From a bacterium (lineage in GTDB: Bacteria; Patescibacteriota; Minisyncoccia; Sungbacterales; HO2-52-23): a stretch of DNA of 64,000 bases. The position numbers and the translations under genes were made by a program. The notes below the pieces were generated by a model. It ran no database searches. It was not told the DNA's origin and was given only the letters and a program-made list of their open reading frames with translations. Below, piece after piece: positions 9,775-19,543 of this stretch (positions are counted from its first letter, which is position 1; each line of letters begins with the position of its first letter). Location: positions 5,066-69,065 of the forward strand of contig JAUYPE010000017.1 in assembly GCA_030697705.1 (NCBI GenBank), read 5' to 3'.

Positions 9775-11229
9775 TTACTCCTTTTCCAGATCAAGCACCT
9801 CGTCAATACGGATTTTGGCGACGAATTCCGGCACGTGACTCACGAGAATCATTGCGCCTTCGTAGCGATTCAGTGCCTCGGCAATGACGGGAATGTGGCG
9901 GAAGTTCATGTGGTTCGTTGGCTCGTCAAGCATAAGGAGTCCGGGGCGTTGCAGAACCAGACGCGCAAAGGTGACAAGCCCTTTCTGCCCTTCCGAGAGA
10001 GCGCCGATTTTCGTGCGAATCATATCGGCGGTGATGAGAAATCCTGCCGCTGCGCTGCGCATCTCTTCCTCAACTGGAGCCGCCATCGCCCCCATGAGCG
10101 TGTCGTGCACTGTATCGTCAAAGTTAAGCGTTGAAAAATCCTGGCGGTAGTAGCCCACGCGCGTACCCTCGGTGATACGACTACCCTTAGCTATGCCTTT
10201 GGCAATTGATTCCAATAGCGTAGACTTCCCGATGCCATTTTGCCCTTTCAACAAAAGATGCTGGCGGCGCTTGAGCGAGATAGCAACAGTTTTTTTGACG
10301 GGCTTATGGTTTTTGATAATAGAAAATGAAGTGATGCCGACGATTTCACCGATACTGTCCTCTTGTGCCGGAATAGTGAATCGCCGAATCGCACGGTCTT
10401 CCTTGCGCACCACCACCTTCTCCTCCTCAAGCTCCGCCGCCTCCTCGCGCATGCGCTTCGCCACCAGGCGCATCTGCCCGCCCTTAAACGCAAACCGGTT
10501 CGCCTTGTCTTTATTCTCCTGAATTTTTTTAGCAAGTTGGGCGTTGGCGCGGTTCTCCTTTTCTATCCGCGCGGTAATTTGCGCCACGACGTCAAAATAA
10601 TTTCCCGCATAGTGCTCCAGCCGCTGGGTGAAAGCATCAAGATACAGCACGCCTTCAGTAAACGCGTTCAAAAAATCGGCATCATGCGAAATGACCATGC
10701 AGGTCTTGGGATAGTCAATGAGGAATTGCCGCAGATGCGCGATACCCGCCGCATCAAGATTGTTTGTTGGCTCGTCAAGAAGTAATACGTCCGGCTCCTG
10801 GATAAGCGCGGAAGCAAGAAGTAAACGCGCCTGCTGTCCTCCGGAGAACGACGAAATCAATCGGTCATGCGGTGCGTGGAGATTCATCACCTCAAGCACC
10901 GCATCAATTTTCGGATCAATATCATATACTTTTTTGCTGAAGCATTTTTCAAAAAACCCCTGCACGGTGAGATTCAGTTCTCCGCGCGGCATTGCTTGGC
11001 GCGCCGTTGCAATAGTAAGCCCGCGGGGAATATTAATAGACCCTTCATCAGGTTTTAACACACCGGTTATCAGCCCGAAAAGCGTGCTCTTGCCGGCACC
11101 GTTCTGCCCCATGACGGCAAACTTCGCGCCCTGTCGCAGAGCAAAACTCCCCTCTTTCATGATGAGTTTTTTCGGCCCGTATTCAAATGAAACCGCGTCA
11201 AACCGCACGACGACATCTCCCTGCGACAT
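9775..11229 (-). CDS. ABC-F family ATPase (two ABC domains, no TM domain)
   Basis: Two Walker A motifs (GQNGAGKST, GQNGIGKST) and two LSGGQ-like signatures (SGGQQARL, SEGQKGLV). Confidence 0.85.
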   Translation of the reverse strand: MSQGDVVVRFDAVSFEYGPKKLIMKEGSFALRQGAKFAVMGQNGAGKSTLFGLITGVLKPDEGSINIPRGLTIATARQAMPRGELNLTVQGFFEKCFSKKVYDIDPKIDAVLEVMNLHAPHDRLISSFSGGQQARLLLASALIQEPDVLLLDEPTNNLDAAGIAHLRQFLIDYPKTCMVISHDADFLNAFTEGVLYLDAFTQRLEHYAGNYFDVVAQITARIEKENRANAQLAKKIQENKDKANRFAFKGGQMRLVAKRMREEAAELEEEKVVVRKEDRAIRRFTIPAQEDSIGEIVGITSFSIIKNHKPVKKTVAISLKRRQHLLLKGQNGIGKSTLLESIAKGIAKGSRITEGTRVGYYRQDFSTLNFDDTVHDTLMGAMAAPVEEEMRSAAAGFLITADMIRTKIGALSEGQKGLVTFARLVLQRPGLLMLDEPTNHMNFRHIPVIAEALNRYEGAMILVSHVPEFVAKIRIDEVLDLEKE

Positions 11230-11325
11230 GCCCGCCAGCGTACCCTATTTTAAGACAAAGGGAAAGGGAGGAAAAAACCATGTTCCATCTTTATCTGTGT
11301 TCATTATCTAAAAATTCCTTGTATA

Positions 11326-12246
11326 TCAGCGGATTCCCGTATCAACATCAATCATGAGCGTCACGGAGCTATTCGTCTTGATATGGACAAGAATGGGAAC
11401 ACCACTGATCCCCCCAACGCCAACCCCCGGATGCGCCATATCAATCCAATAATCCCCCTCCGGCAAAGTCGCGCTGAACTTTCCTTCCGCGTCCGGGGTG
11501 AGTGTGACGACAAGCGTCTTTTTATCCGGCTTATAGACGAAAACTTTCCGTATGGCAAATGTTTCCGGCGATGGCGTGCAGGGACGGTCAATCCTTTCCA
11601 CAGGGCAGATGGGGCCGATCGTCATCACGCCTTCCAGTGTGCCAGTTTTTGTTGTTTGCGGCTGAACGGAAAAACGGATAGGGATGGAAAGTGAATCCGC
11701 ATATTCGGGAAGTCCGGAGGGATTATCCTTTTCCAAAACGATTGTGCCGGTTTTTGTTGTTGCATTTTCAAATATAAGAGTCGCCTCAAACGGAACGAAC
11801 TCCGTTGTCATCCACTCCTTTTGCGCCTGTGCGGGAATAATGCCGAGTTGCTTTCCATTCGCGTCAAAAATCTTAACCGGAAACGATGCTTCAAAATACC
11901 AAGTCCCCCGCGCCTCTCCTTTCACGATGAGCGGACTCGCCACCACGGTATCGGGAAGCGGCGAGCTCACGCGAATAATATCATTTTCTGTTGGTTGGAT
12001 GACTTCGGGCGGCTGTACCGTTTCCGTAAACGACTTTTCCCCCGCGCGGCATTGGCGCGGATAGGATTCCGCCACCGGAAATCCCAAACCTGCGCATCGC
12101 GCAAAACTGTCTGCCGCCCGAATTTTTTGCCATTGAAACACAAAGCACCAGTCATCCGTGCATGAGAGAATAAACCAGCCTCCAAGGCCGGCAACGACCG
12201 CGAGAACGCTCGTTATGGCAATAGCTAATTTTATTTTCATGTTCAA
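11326..12246 (-). CDS. GerMN / Gmad2 Ig-like domain secreted lipoprotein-like protein
   Basis: N-terminal anchor. Repeated beta-rich domains typical of GerM-like proteins. Confidence 0.45.
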   Translation of the reverse strand: MNMKIKLAIAITSVLAVVAGLGGWFILSCTDDWCFVFQWQKIRAADSFARCAGLGFPVAESYPRQCRAGEKSFTETVQPPEVIQPTENDIIRVSSPLPDTVVASPLIVKGEARGTWYFEASFPVKIFDANGKQLGIIPAQAQKEWMTTEFVPFEATLIFENATTKTGTIVLEKDNPSGLPEYADSLSIPIRFSVQPQTTKTGTLEGVMTIGPICPVERIDRPCTPSPETFAIRKVFVYKPDKKTLVVTLTPDAEGKFSATLPEGDYWIDMAHPGVGVGGISGVPILVHIKTNSSVTLMIDVDTGIR

Positions 12247-12264
12247 TTGTAATTATACTTTTGA

Positions 12265-13236
12265 TTAATCGATAATCTCTTTGATGAGCAGATCTTGCAA
12301 TTTCTTTACCTCTGCATCGTCATACATGCTCACGGTCGTTACCAGCGGCGTTAGCTTTTTCATAGACTTGACTATCATGTCTAGTTTTTTTTGGTCGTCC
12401 ATCACGTCGGTTTTGGTCAAAACGACAATTTCTTTTTTTTGCGCGAGCGCCGGATCAAAGCGTTCAAGCTCTCTGCGGACGACGGCATAGGTGTGCGGGA
12501 GATCTTCATGTTCCAATGAAATCAGATGGGCGAGCACTTTCGTGCGTCTGACATGCCGGAGAAATTTATGCCCCAAACCCCTCCCTTCCGCCGCACCTTC
12601 AATGAGTCCGGGAATATCGGAAATGATATAGCCGTGTACCTCGCCGAGATTCGGCTCAAGCGTGGTAAAAGCATAGTCGCCCACCTTGCCCTTGGCATTC
12701 GTCATCGCATTAAGAAGTGTTGTTTTTCCGGCGTTCGGCAGTCCGATCAAACCGATATCCGCAATTAATTCAACCTCAATAAAAAAATCCGCCTCCTCTC
12801 CCGCACTGCCGCGCGTGAATTTTTCGGGCGTCTGATTCGTGGAGCTTTTGAACGACTCGTTGCCCCGTCCCCCATGGCCGCCCTTGAGCAGGAGCACGCG
12901 CTCGCCGTCGTGCAGGAGTGAAATTTTCTCTCCCGTTTTTTTGTTGGTAATGATGGAGCCGACCGGAAACGGTATCTCAAGATCTTTGCCGTCCCCGCCG
13001 TGCGAGTTTTTATTTTTGCCATTCTCCCCCCGTTCCGCTATAAATTTCTTCTCAATCTGATACCGTGCGAGAAGATTGACATTGCGCACCGCCGTCGCGT
13101 ACACGCTCCCTCCTCGTCCGCCATCGCCGCCGGACGGCCCGCCAAATTCGCGATTTTTCTCATGCAACCACCGCACCACGCCGTGGCCGCCGTCCCCCGC
13201 CTTAATATGCAATGTTATCTCATCAACGAATGCCAT
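12265..13236 (-). CDS. obg: GTPase Obg
   Basis: FVDEITLHIKAGDGGHGVV, GGDGGRGGSV, Gly-rich Obg fold, G domain GLPNAGKSTLL and DIPGLIEGA. Start at MAFVDE. Confidence 0.9.
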   Translation of the reverse strand: MAFVDEITLHIKAGDGGHGVVRWLHEKNREFGGPSGGDGGRGGSVYATAVRNVNLLARYQIEKKFIAERGENGKNKNSHGGDGKDLEIPFPVGSIITNKKTGEKISLLHDGERVLLLKGGHGGRGNESFKSSTNQTPEKFTRGSAGEEADFFIEVELIADIGLIGLPNAGKTTLLNAMTNAKGKVGDYAFTTLEPNLGEVHGYIISDIPGLIEGAAEGRGLGHKFLRHVRRTKVLAHLISLEHEDLPHTYAVVRRELERFDPALAQKKEIVVLTKTDVMDDQKKLDMIVKSMKKLTPLVTTVSMYDDAEVKKLQDLLIKEIID

Positions 13237-13258
13237 AGATAGTGTGGACATGTATCAT

Positions 13259-13861
13259 TCACCCTTGTTGAACGACATTCAATTCAGAACATGCAAAAAG
13301 ATAAAGGGGATTGAATTTTTCCTTAGGATTAAAGAAGGAACAGAATTGCGTCTCATGAGTATTCTGAAAGATGTCTTTATAACGAACCGTTCCTGTCACA
13401 TAAACTTTAAGTTGTTCAGATTGCACCTGTTGTAATTCTTCAGTATTGAGAGCTCTACCATCAGTAACTCTCATAGCACGTTCTGAGTTTGAGCCAAGCA
13501 TGATTTTTCCATTTTGAGCCATAAAGTCAGATTGTATCGTTGTTGGGGGGGTTGAAATTATGTCTAGGTGTCCTGAAAATTGCATATCTAAAGCAGGTGT
13601 TGTCCCTGCATTTTTTACCAATATTTCAGCAGCCAGCGGGCGGTCTTGATTTGGTAATTCAGCTATTCTTATTGTCTCAATAACAATGTATGGTCGTTGC
13701 GCAATCAGAAAAAAATCATGTGCTTGACTAAGAGATTGAACAGCTACATATGCTGAGTATGCTGAAATAAATACACTAAACAATGAGAAAAGTGCCAACA
13801 ACGTCGAAACTTTATTTTCTGGTTTTTCTATCCACTGCGGGGAGGTAATCTTTTCTTCCAT
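13259..13861 (-). CDS. hypothetical membrane-anchored protein (AT-rich region)
   Basis: N-terminal TM helix. No recognisable family. Confidence 0.45.
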   Translation of the reverse strand: MEEKITSPQWIEKPENKVSTLLALFSLFSVFISAYSAYVAVQSLSQAHDFFLIAQRPYIVIETIRIAELPNQDRPLAAEILVKNAGTTPALDMQFSGHLDIISTPPTTIQSDFMAQNGKIMLGSNSERAMRVTDGRALNTEELQQVQSEQLKVYVTGTVRYKDIFQNTHETQFCSFFNPKEKFNPLYLFACSELNVVQQG

Positions 13862-14174
13862 GTGTGGGTTATTATTCTAGATTCTATGCCCCAGATTTTT
13901 ATACGATCTTCATATTGTAGAAGGGTTATTTTATTTTCGGAATAGCTTAGGCAACAAGGTACGCGTCGGCGAGAGTGTACTGTGAGCACATGGTAAGAAT
14001 GAGGAAAGCATATCATGCTTCTGGCGCGCGGGCTATCTGTTATAGGTAGTGGCACATTGCTACGGTTCATATTATACGCTCACGCAAAGACCTCCAGAAT
14101 ATGTGCCAGCTGTGCATATGAGAATCCGTTTAAAAATGCCCCATGCGAATGCCGGGACATAAATATTGTGCTCT

Positions 14175-14219
14175 TTGCCAATCTTTCCGAATAAAAATAA
14201 ACCTCCAGAACATTCATGA
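14175..14219 (-). terminator. rho-independent terminator for gene 14214..14597
   Basis: Stem cctccaga / tctggagg, followed on the minus strand by TTTATTTTTATT. Confidence 0.55.
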
Positions 14220-14597
14220 CTCTGGAGGTTGGTAGGTATTTATCCAGCGTCCTCTTCGATATATCTTCTCTTTATCTAAGAAACTTTCCAACCGATACTG
14301 CGCTTCACTCGCTTCACGGATAAGCGTGAATGTTGCCGCAGGCCGGTATCCGAGGTCAAGGTTTGGTATCTCGTCCGGATGCCATCCGGTCATCTCGCAA
14401 ATTTTTTGTGCAATTCTCCTTGTTCGCACAAAGATTCGGCATCCATCCACCGGATCTTGTTCTTCTCCTTCATCGTTAAAAACCAGAATATCGTACACAT
14501 CCACAACCACGACATCGGTTGTGGCGTGGAACAGCTCGCGCACGTGAGCGGGCGTCTCTACCCAAGGAATCCGCATTGCTTGAATCCTCGCACGCAA
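14214..14597 (-). CDS. hypothetical protein (downstream neighbour of the patatin gene)
   Basis: ORF only. No known motifs. Confidence 0.4.
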   Translation of the reverse strand: MRARIQAMRIPWVETPAHVRELFHATTDVVVVDVYDILVFNDEGEEQDPVDGCRIFVRTRRIAQKICEMTGWHPDEIPNLDLGYRPAATFTLIREASEAQYRLESFLDKEKIYRRGRWINTYQPPES

Positions 14598-14737
14598 GAG
14601 TGACCATGCTATAAAATATACTGAAATATAAATAACATATATTATGGCTACCCGTCAACTCCGCACTATAGACAATATTAGAATCTGTTTTCAAAGTCAG
14701 AATCGCTTATATCCTTATCTCATCACCCTTTCCGATG

Positions 14738-15763
14738 TCAGAGATTTGGTTTGCTGATTTTAGCTTTTATCGGCACTGCGTCTCGGCGGTGCCGTGTAGC
14801 CATTTGTGTAGCGTGTGCCTGAAAACTGTCAAAGTCCCATCGGCTAAAGAAATCACGTCCCGTAGCAACACCCGACTGATAGAGGGCTTCTTTTCGTTGA
14901 GGCGTGATATTAAACTCCGTCGTATGCACGCCAAGCGTGGGAATCGGAATTGTCCGCATGAAATCAGTATCTTTGATATAACGCGCATCGTGCGCTTCCA
15001 TCATGGTTGAGAATAGCGCGCTCAAAAGGGTGATAGGGCCGATGATGGTATGCAATTTTCCTTCTTCCGGATCAACCAATTTAAATCCGAGAGTCGGCCA
15101 ATCCTGATGAAATCCTTTGCCGGGCTCATCCAGAATAAAAAGAGGATAATTGCTTAAAATACCACCATCAACAAGATATGCTTTTTTTTGGTCAGGTAAT
15201 CTTTGTATTATCGGTTTGTAGAAGTAGGGAATGCTCATGCTCATCCTTACCGCAAGAGCCACATTAAGATTATCCGGGTTGATGCCAAAATCCTTCGCGT
15301 CTCCCGGCATAATCAGTAATCGTCCGCGCGAGATGTCTGACACTACCACTTGCAGTTTGTAACGGAATTGGGGGTCGTCGGCATATTCCTGAATCACCAA
15401 ATCGCCGAACGTCTTAATACCCTTTTTAGCAAGAAGTTCACCCATCCAATTTTTTAAAAAATCGCCTTTATACAGGCCCTTGTTAAAGAGAAGATTGATT
15501 GCCGGCCCCACCAAGGGAATCGCACCAATTGCATTGGCATCTTTGAAGCGCAGATAATCGATTTCATCCATGAGTGTTTTTAATTCCGCGGTCGAATAGC
15601 CGGCGGCAACAAGTCCCGCGATAATCGCCCCCGCAGAGGTTCCTGCGAGATTGACAAACTCGTATCCCAATTCTTCCGCCACCGCAACAGCGCCAACCAG
15701 CCCGCTCCCCTTTACCCCCCCGCCCTCAAACACCGCATCTATTTTTTGAGATGGTATGCTCAT
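14738..15763 (-). CDS. patatin-like phospholipase
   Basis: GGGVKG oxyanion hole, GTSAG nucleophile elbow, DGG catalytic Asp motif. Confidence 0.85.
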   Translation of the reverse strand: MSIPSQKIDAVFEGGGVKGSGLVGAVAVAEELGYEFVNLAGTSAGAIIAGLVAAGYSTAELKTLMDEIDYLRFKDANAIGAIPLVGPAINLLFNKGLYKGDFLKNWMGELLAKKGIKTFGDLVIQEYADDPQFRYKLQVVVSDISRGRLLIMPGDAKDFGINPDNLNVALAVRMSMSIPYFYKPIIQRLPDQKKAYLVDGGILSNYPLFILDEPGKGFHQDWPTLGFKLVDPEEGKLHTIIGPITLLSALFSTMMEAHDARYIKDTDFMRTIPIPTLGVHTTEFNITPQRKEALYQSGVATGRDFFSRWDFDSFQAHATQMATRHRRDAVPIKAKISKPNL

Positions 15764-16131
15764 AAGATTAGACCCCTTTGGGTGGAATAAAAAATCCTTA
15801 TCTTGAAGTTGAGTATATCACACATCAAGCAATTACCGGTAGAAGACGTCCCTGTATGTTTACGAAGAAAATATACGGTTAGAACCTGAAATTTATCCCA
15901 TAGATAAAAGAAAAAGAGCACCTTTCAGTGCTCTCAATCCCAAGGGACTCCGGCTACTGGATGAAGTTAGAACCTGTTTACTAGAAGGAAGATCGGCTTT
16001 TGCATATAGTTTTGCGGCATAATTACGCCCAACTCTGCTCTGTTAAATTTACCCAAAAATGATCTGCCCCGCAACGACTGAACGCTGCGGGGACTTTTGT
16101 TGAATAAAAATCTGATGACATGAACGAGGAG

Positions 16132-16698
16132 CTATCTCCTGTTGCCTACTCCTTTGAGCACTTTGAACTCAAAGATATAGATACCAAGATGCTCCTTTTC
16201 AGGCGGATAGATGCGCTGGAGCACTTGTAGAGCACCAGCAGGATCATCGGGAACAATATGCCCCGCTTTCTCGTGCTGAAGCATCTCTGAAAAAGTTTTA
16301 TACATGCGCACATCTACCACCTGCACTACCCCAGAAAGCCGTTCGCTCTCCAAGCGGACACTGTCGCCTTTCTGTATCCGCTTGATACTGTCATAGCCAA
16401 CACGCGCCTCCAAAGGTTTTGTGCCTGCCATAATCGCGTTGAAATACTGCCGTTTGACTCGCATCGTCTTCATCACTTTTTCCTCCATAACGAGACCCCA
16501 TTGTTGAGTGATTACGCCGCGCTTGTATGCTTCCGGCATCATGGCTTCAATCTGCCATCCATGATGCTGGAGTGTTTCTACCTCCACACTTGTGGGAACT
16601 GTGTGGGTATAGAGTTTGTGCCCATACTCCCGTAAAAATGACGGGAGTTCTGCCACCAGAGCCGAGAATACCTGAATGTCTTCGGCAACAAGCGGCAT
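16132..16698 (-). CDS. ASCH (PUA-like) domain protein with N-terminal extension
   Basis: C-terminal half (MKTMRVKRQYFNAIMAGTKPLEAR ... IYIFEF) fits ASCH. Hairpin plus T-run terminator downstream at about 16040-16090. Confidence 0.5.
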   Translation of the reverse strand: MPLVAEDIQVFSALVAELPSFLREYGHKLYTHTVPTSVEVETLQHHGWQIEAMMPEAYKRGVITQQWGLVMEEKVMKTMRVKRQYFNAIMAGTKPLEARVGYDSIKRIQKGDSVRLESERLSGVVQVVDVRMYKTFSEMLQHEKAGHIVPDDPAGALQVLQRIYPPEKEHLGIYIFEFKVLKGVGNRR

Positions 16699-16776
16699 TA
16701 GTTTGATGGGCTCTCCTTTTTTGGGAGTTGTGGCGGCAATTCCAAGTACGGTCCCATCAGGAGATTTCGCAACCAG

Positions 16777-17115
16777 TTAGTCAATGACCTCAACCCGTAT
16801 CCCAACCACCCCATATTTTTGCTCATCCTCATCAGAATAAAATTGCTTTATTTGATTGAGAAGAAACTCCCTGCTTTCTCCGCCAAAAAGAGAAGGGTCA
16901 TGATCGGCAAACAGTTCCCTGAACGATTGATAACGGAGCAATCCTTTCACTCGTGTTTTGACTTTTTTCTCGGGATTTTCATGTGCACTAAACTCAATTT
17001 TATCTCCTATAATGATTTGCTGTCGCTTCTCATCATAGAGGCGCGACTCAATAACTTTCGCATGAGTAGCGATTTTTTCAAAAGGTTCGGATGATAATTT
17101 CATTTGGTACTGCAT
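16777..17115 (-). CDS. ASCH domain protein
   Basis: MKLSSEPFEKIATHAKVIESRLYDEKR ... IGDKIEF ... GIRVEV, classic ASCH layout. Confidence 0.55.
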   Translation of the reverse strand: MQYQMKLSSEPFEKIATHAKVIESRLYDEKRQQIIIGDKIEFSAHENPEKKVKTRVKGLLRYQSFRELFADHDPSLFGGESREFLLNQIKQFYSDEDEQKYGVVGIRVEVID

Positions 17116-17237
17116 AGGATTCCGCTTGACTTTGTTGTATCAATAATGATTCAAACAAGATCATCTCTTTCCCCTGCAAGGAAAATCAGTTTTTGCGTAT
17201 GATTTTTGAGTATAAACCTACCCCACCCTGCCACTCA

Positions 17238-17606
17238 CTATATCATTCTCTCCAATACCACAGTCCTGTATTTGCAATCAACTATGGCTTTATAACCAAA
17301 CTTTGATAAGAAGCTGATACCTGCTAACGGCATACTTTCTGATATTAAAACTTGAATGTAATTTAGCACTCCTTCCATCGCCGCAAGTGCAAGGGCTACA
17401 GGGACTTCAATAACCTGACCATTAGCAATTTGTGTTTTAGTTACACCAATAACTTCAAGCCCAAGTTCCTTTGCTATTTTTTGCGTTACTTGTAAATCTC
17501 CAGTAAAACCCGTGTCTAAAACAACAAAAGGGGCTTGCACAGATTGCCCCCAAGCCACGACAACTTTTATGAACGGTATGTTTTCTACAAAGACGCCGCT
17601 TACCAT
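17238..17606 (-). CDS. retropepsin-like (clan AA) aspartic protease
   Basis: VVLDTGFTGDL (DTG catalytic motif), about 120 aa as for single-domain retropepsins. Confidence 0.65.
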   Translation of the reverse strand: MVSGVFVENIPFIKVVVAWGQSVQAPFVVLDTGFTGDLQVTQKIAKELGLEVIGVTKTQIANGQVIEVPVALALAAMEGVLNYIQVLISESMPLAGISFLSKFGYKAIVDCKYRTVVLERMI

Positions 17607-17609
17607 ATT

Positions 17610-17888
17610 TTATTTATGTTCAGCAAAAGACCCTGCCATTGTTTCAGCCACATCAAATCCTATCTTCACGACATAAAAGACCTTGTGAGGATGATTTTGT
17701 CTAGCTAATTCAAGAGCTTCAGCACTCGTGTTGCCGAGGTATGCTTTTTTGCTATCAATATCAATAGCCAAAAACTTACCCCTTTCTTTGGGATCATAAC
17801 TAACCTTTATCTGCCCATATATTTTAGCCCCTTCCTCGGCAATCTTCTGAATATCTGCCTTTTTAATTAGTTCTTCATTATTATCCAT
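17610..17888 (-). CDS. small protein paired with the retropepsin-like protease (DUF5678-like)
   Basis: 4-nt spacing to the protease gene. Family assignment from memory, not verified. Confidence 0.4.
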   Translation of the reverse strand: MDNNEELIKKADIQKIAEEGAKIYGQIKVSYDPKERGKFLAIDIDSKKAYLGNTSAEALELARQNHPHKVFYVVKIGFDVAETMAGSFAEHK

Positions 17889-18112
17889 AAGGTTTGAAAA
17901 GGTAAGGAGTTAACAATAACTCTACCATAGCACCCATTTATAGAGAATACAACAATGCACCCCACCCCGCGTAGCACCATTTCTCTATGTTTAGGTTATC
18001 CCCACCCCCTCTTGACTCTCAACGCCCAGCAGGTATACAGTGAGCACATACACGCTCCAGCCAGCCGCAAGGCCCGCTGGAGTTTCCCGTTTTTACTGGT
18101 ACAATCAAGGAT

Positions 18113-18689
18113 ATGGCGACCTATTTGTTCATTGACGGGGAAAACTTCAAGGGTAAGGTACGCGCGGTTTTCAAAGACGCCAGTAAGCAACGGCCAGTAT
18201 GGCATGAGTATGACTTTAAGGGTCTTTTGGACAAGGTGCTCAATGGCATTGCCATAGATCGGCAGGTATTCTATTTTGCCAGTATTAAGGAGCACGCGGA
18301 AAGCATGGAGAAGTCAAAGCAACTGATTGAAGAACAACGCCTGCTCAAGACCCATCTTGAGCGGCAGGGTGCGGGGTCAGGTGGAAGACGGCAAGTGGAT
18401 GAGGAAGGTATTGATTTTCAGAGAGAAGGGTGTGGATGTTCGGATTGCCGTGGATATGATGGCTACCGCGTGCGATAAAAAAGCGGATGAGATTATTTTG
18501 GGAAGTTCTGATTCTGATTTACAGCCGGCCATAAAAGAGGTACGAGAGCATGGGGTCAAATGCGTATACCTAGGTTTTGAGACGCAACCAAACAAAGGCA
18601 TCTCTTACAATACCAACCGAACTATTCTCGTTCGCAATTCAGAGATTTTTGAGTTTGAGAAAATAGGTAGCAAGTCAAAAGAGAATTGA
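18113..18689 (+). pseudogene. NYN/LabA-like (DUF88) nuclease gene interrupted by a frameshift
   Basis: N-terminal half in frame 2 (YLFIDGENF ...) and C-terminal half in frame 0 (KGVDVRIAVDMM ... ILGSSDSDLQPAI ... VYLGF) overlap at 18327-18478. Frame switch near 18355-18400 (ggtgcggggtcaggtgg). Confidence 0.7.
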
Positions 18690-18727
18690 AACAGAAATAT
18701 CCTATAATAATGTGATCACTCGCTTTC

Positions 18728-19147
18728 TTACAATGACGGATTTGCATTGAGGTGATGAAGGAGTTTGTCTATAACCTCATTCTGGGAGTAATTTCCCTTA
18801 ATCATATAGTCAATGGCACCAAGAGCCATTCCTTGCTCAATATCTTCTTTCTGACCACAATTCGTCAGAAAAACAACCGGAATACCTTTGGTACGCTGGT
18901 CATTCTTCAACATGCGCACTGCTTGAAAACCTTCGTGGCTCACAATAAGATCCATGGTGATAATATCGGGCTTTATCTCAAAGACCTTCTCAATGAAATC
19001 ATCTGGTATCTTCTCCAATGAAAAGAAGTCAAATCCTCTTTCCTCAAATATTACTTTGTACATGTCGGTGATGAATACATCTTGCTCAACGAACAGAATC
19101 TTATAGTGATTTTTTGTTTTATTTTCATTCATATTTTTCTTTTCCAT
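18728..19147 (-). CDS. stand-alone response-regulator receiver (REC) domain protein
   Basis: CheY-like fold: ILFVEQD, phospho-acceptor D in IITMDL, conserved T (VVFLT) and K (IKG). Confidence 0.8.
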   Translation of the reverse strand: MEKKNMNENKTKNHYKILFVEQDVFITDMYKVIFEERGFDFFSLEKIPDDFIEKVFEIKPDIITMDLIVSHEGFQAVRMLKNDQRTKGIPVVFLTNCGQKEDIEQGMALGAIDYMIKGNYSQNEVIDKLLHHLNANPSL

Positions 19148-19150
19148 AAC

Positions 19151-19543
19151 TCAAAGTGGTAATCGTTTCCAGCCGTTCCAATCGTCCTTTCGCGCATCCT
19201 TGCCGTCACCCTCATAGAGCATCCATTGTCCAGTATACTTGCGGGTGTCTGTATTTGCCACAATACCACCGAATACTTTGCGGCCTTTCTTTTTCAATCC
19301 AGCGATATATGCCCGCAGACCGTCTGACTTTGATGCGAAGTCCGTCAAGTGTATGCCATGCGGATCAAAAAGCCCGATACTTCCGTCTTTTATCATTACG
19401 ACAAAATCAACATAGAATGGCGCTTGATCATCTTTTGGCCCATACTGCACGGCAAGGAATACTGCGTCGCGGTCTCCGTTTTTGAACCACCAAAGACAAA
19501 GTATCAAAAAAACGGCAATACGCATCACTATACTTATTACCAT
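19151..19543 (-). CDS. hypothetical membrane-anchored protein
   Basis: Stop is 3 nt upstream of the REC gene start (operon-like). N-terminal TM helix. Start uncertain (19543 or 19525). Confidence 0.4.
   Translation of the reverse strand: MVISIVMRIAVFLILCLWWFKNGDRDAVFLAVQYGPKDDQAPFYVDFVVMIKDGSIGLFDPHGIHLTDFASKSDGLRAYIAGLKKKGRKVFGGIVANTDTRKYTGQWMLYEGDGKDARKDDWNGWKRLPL

Noticed and set aside
19349-19537. N-terminal 63 codons of plus-strand ORF 19349..20182.
   Set aside because: Not recombinase-like. Overlaps the better-supported minus-strand gene 19151..19543, so only the zinc-ribbon/coiled-coil part from about 19538 is treated as a recombinase remnant.
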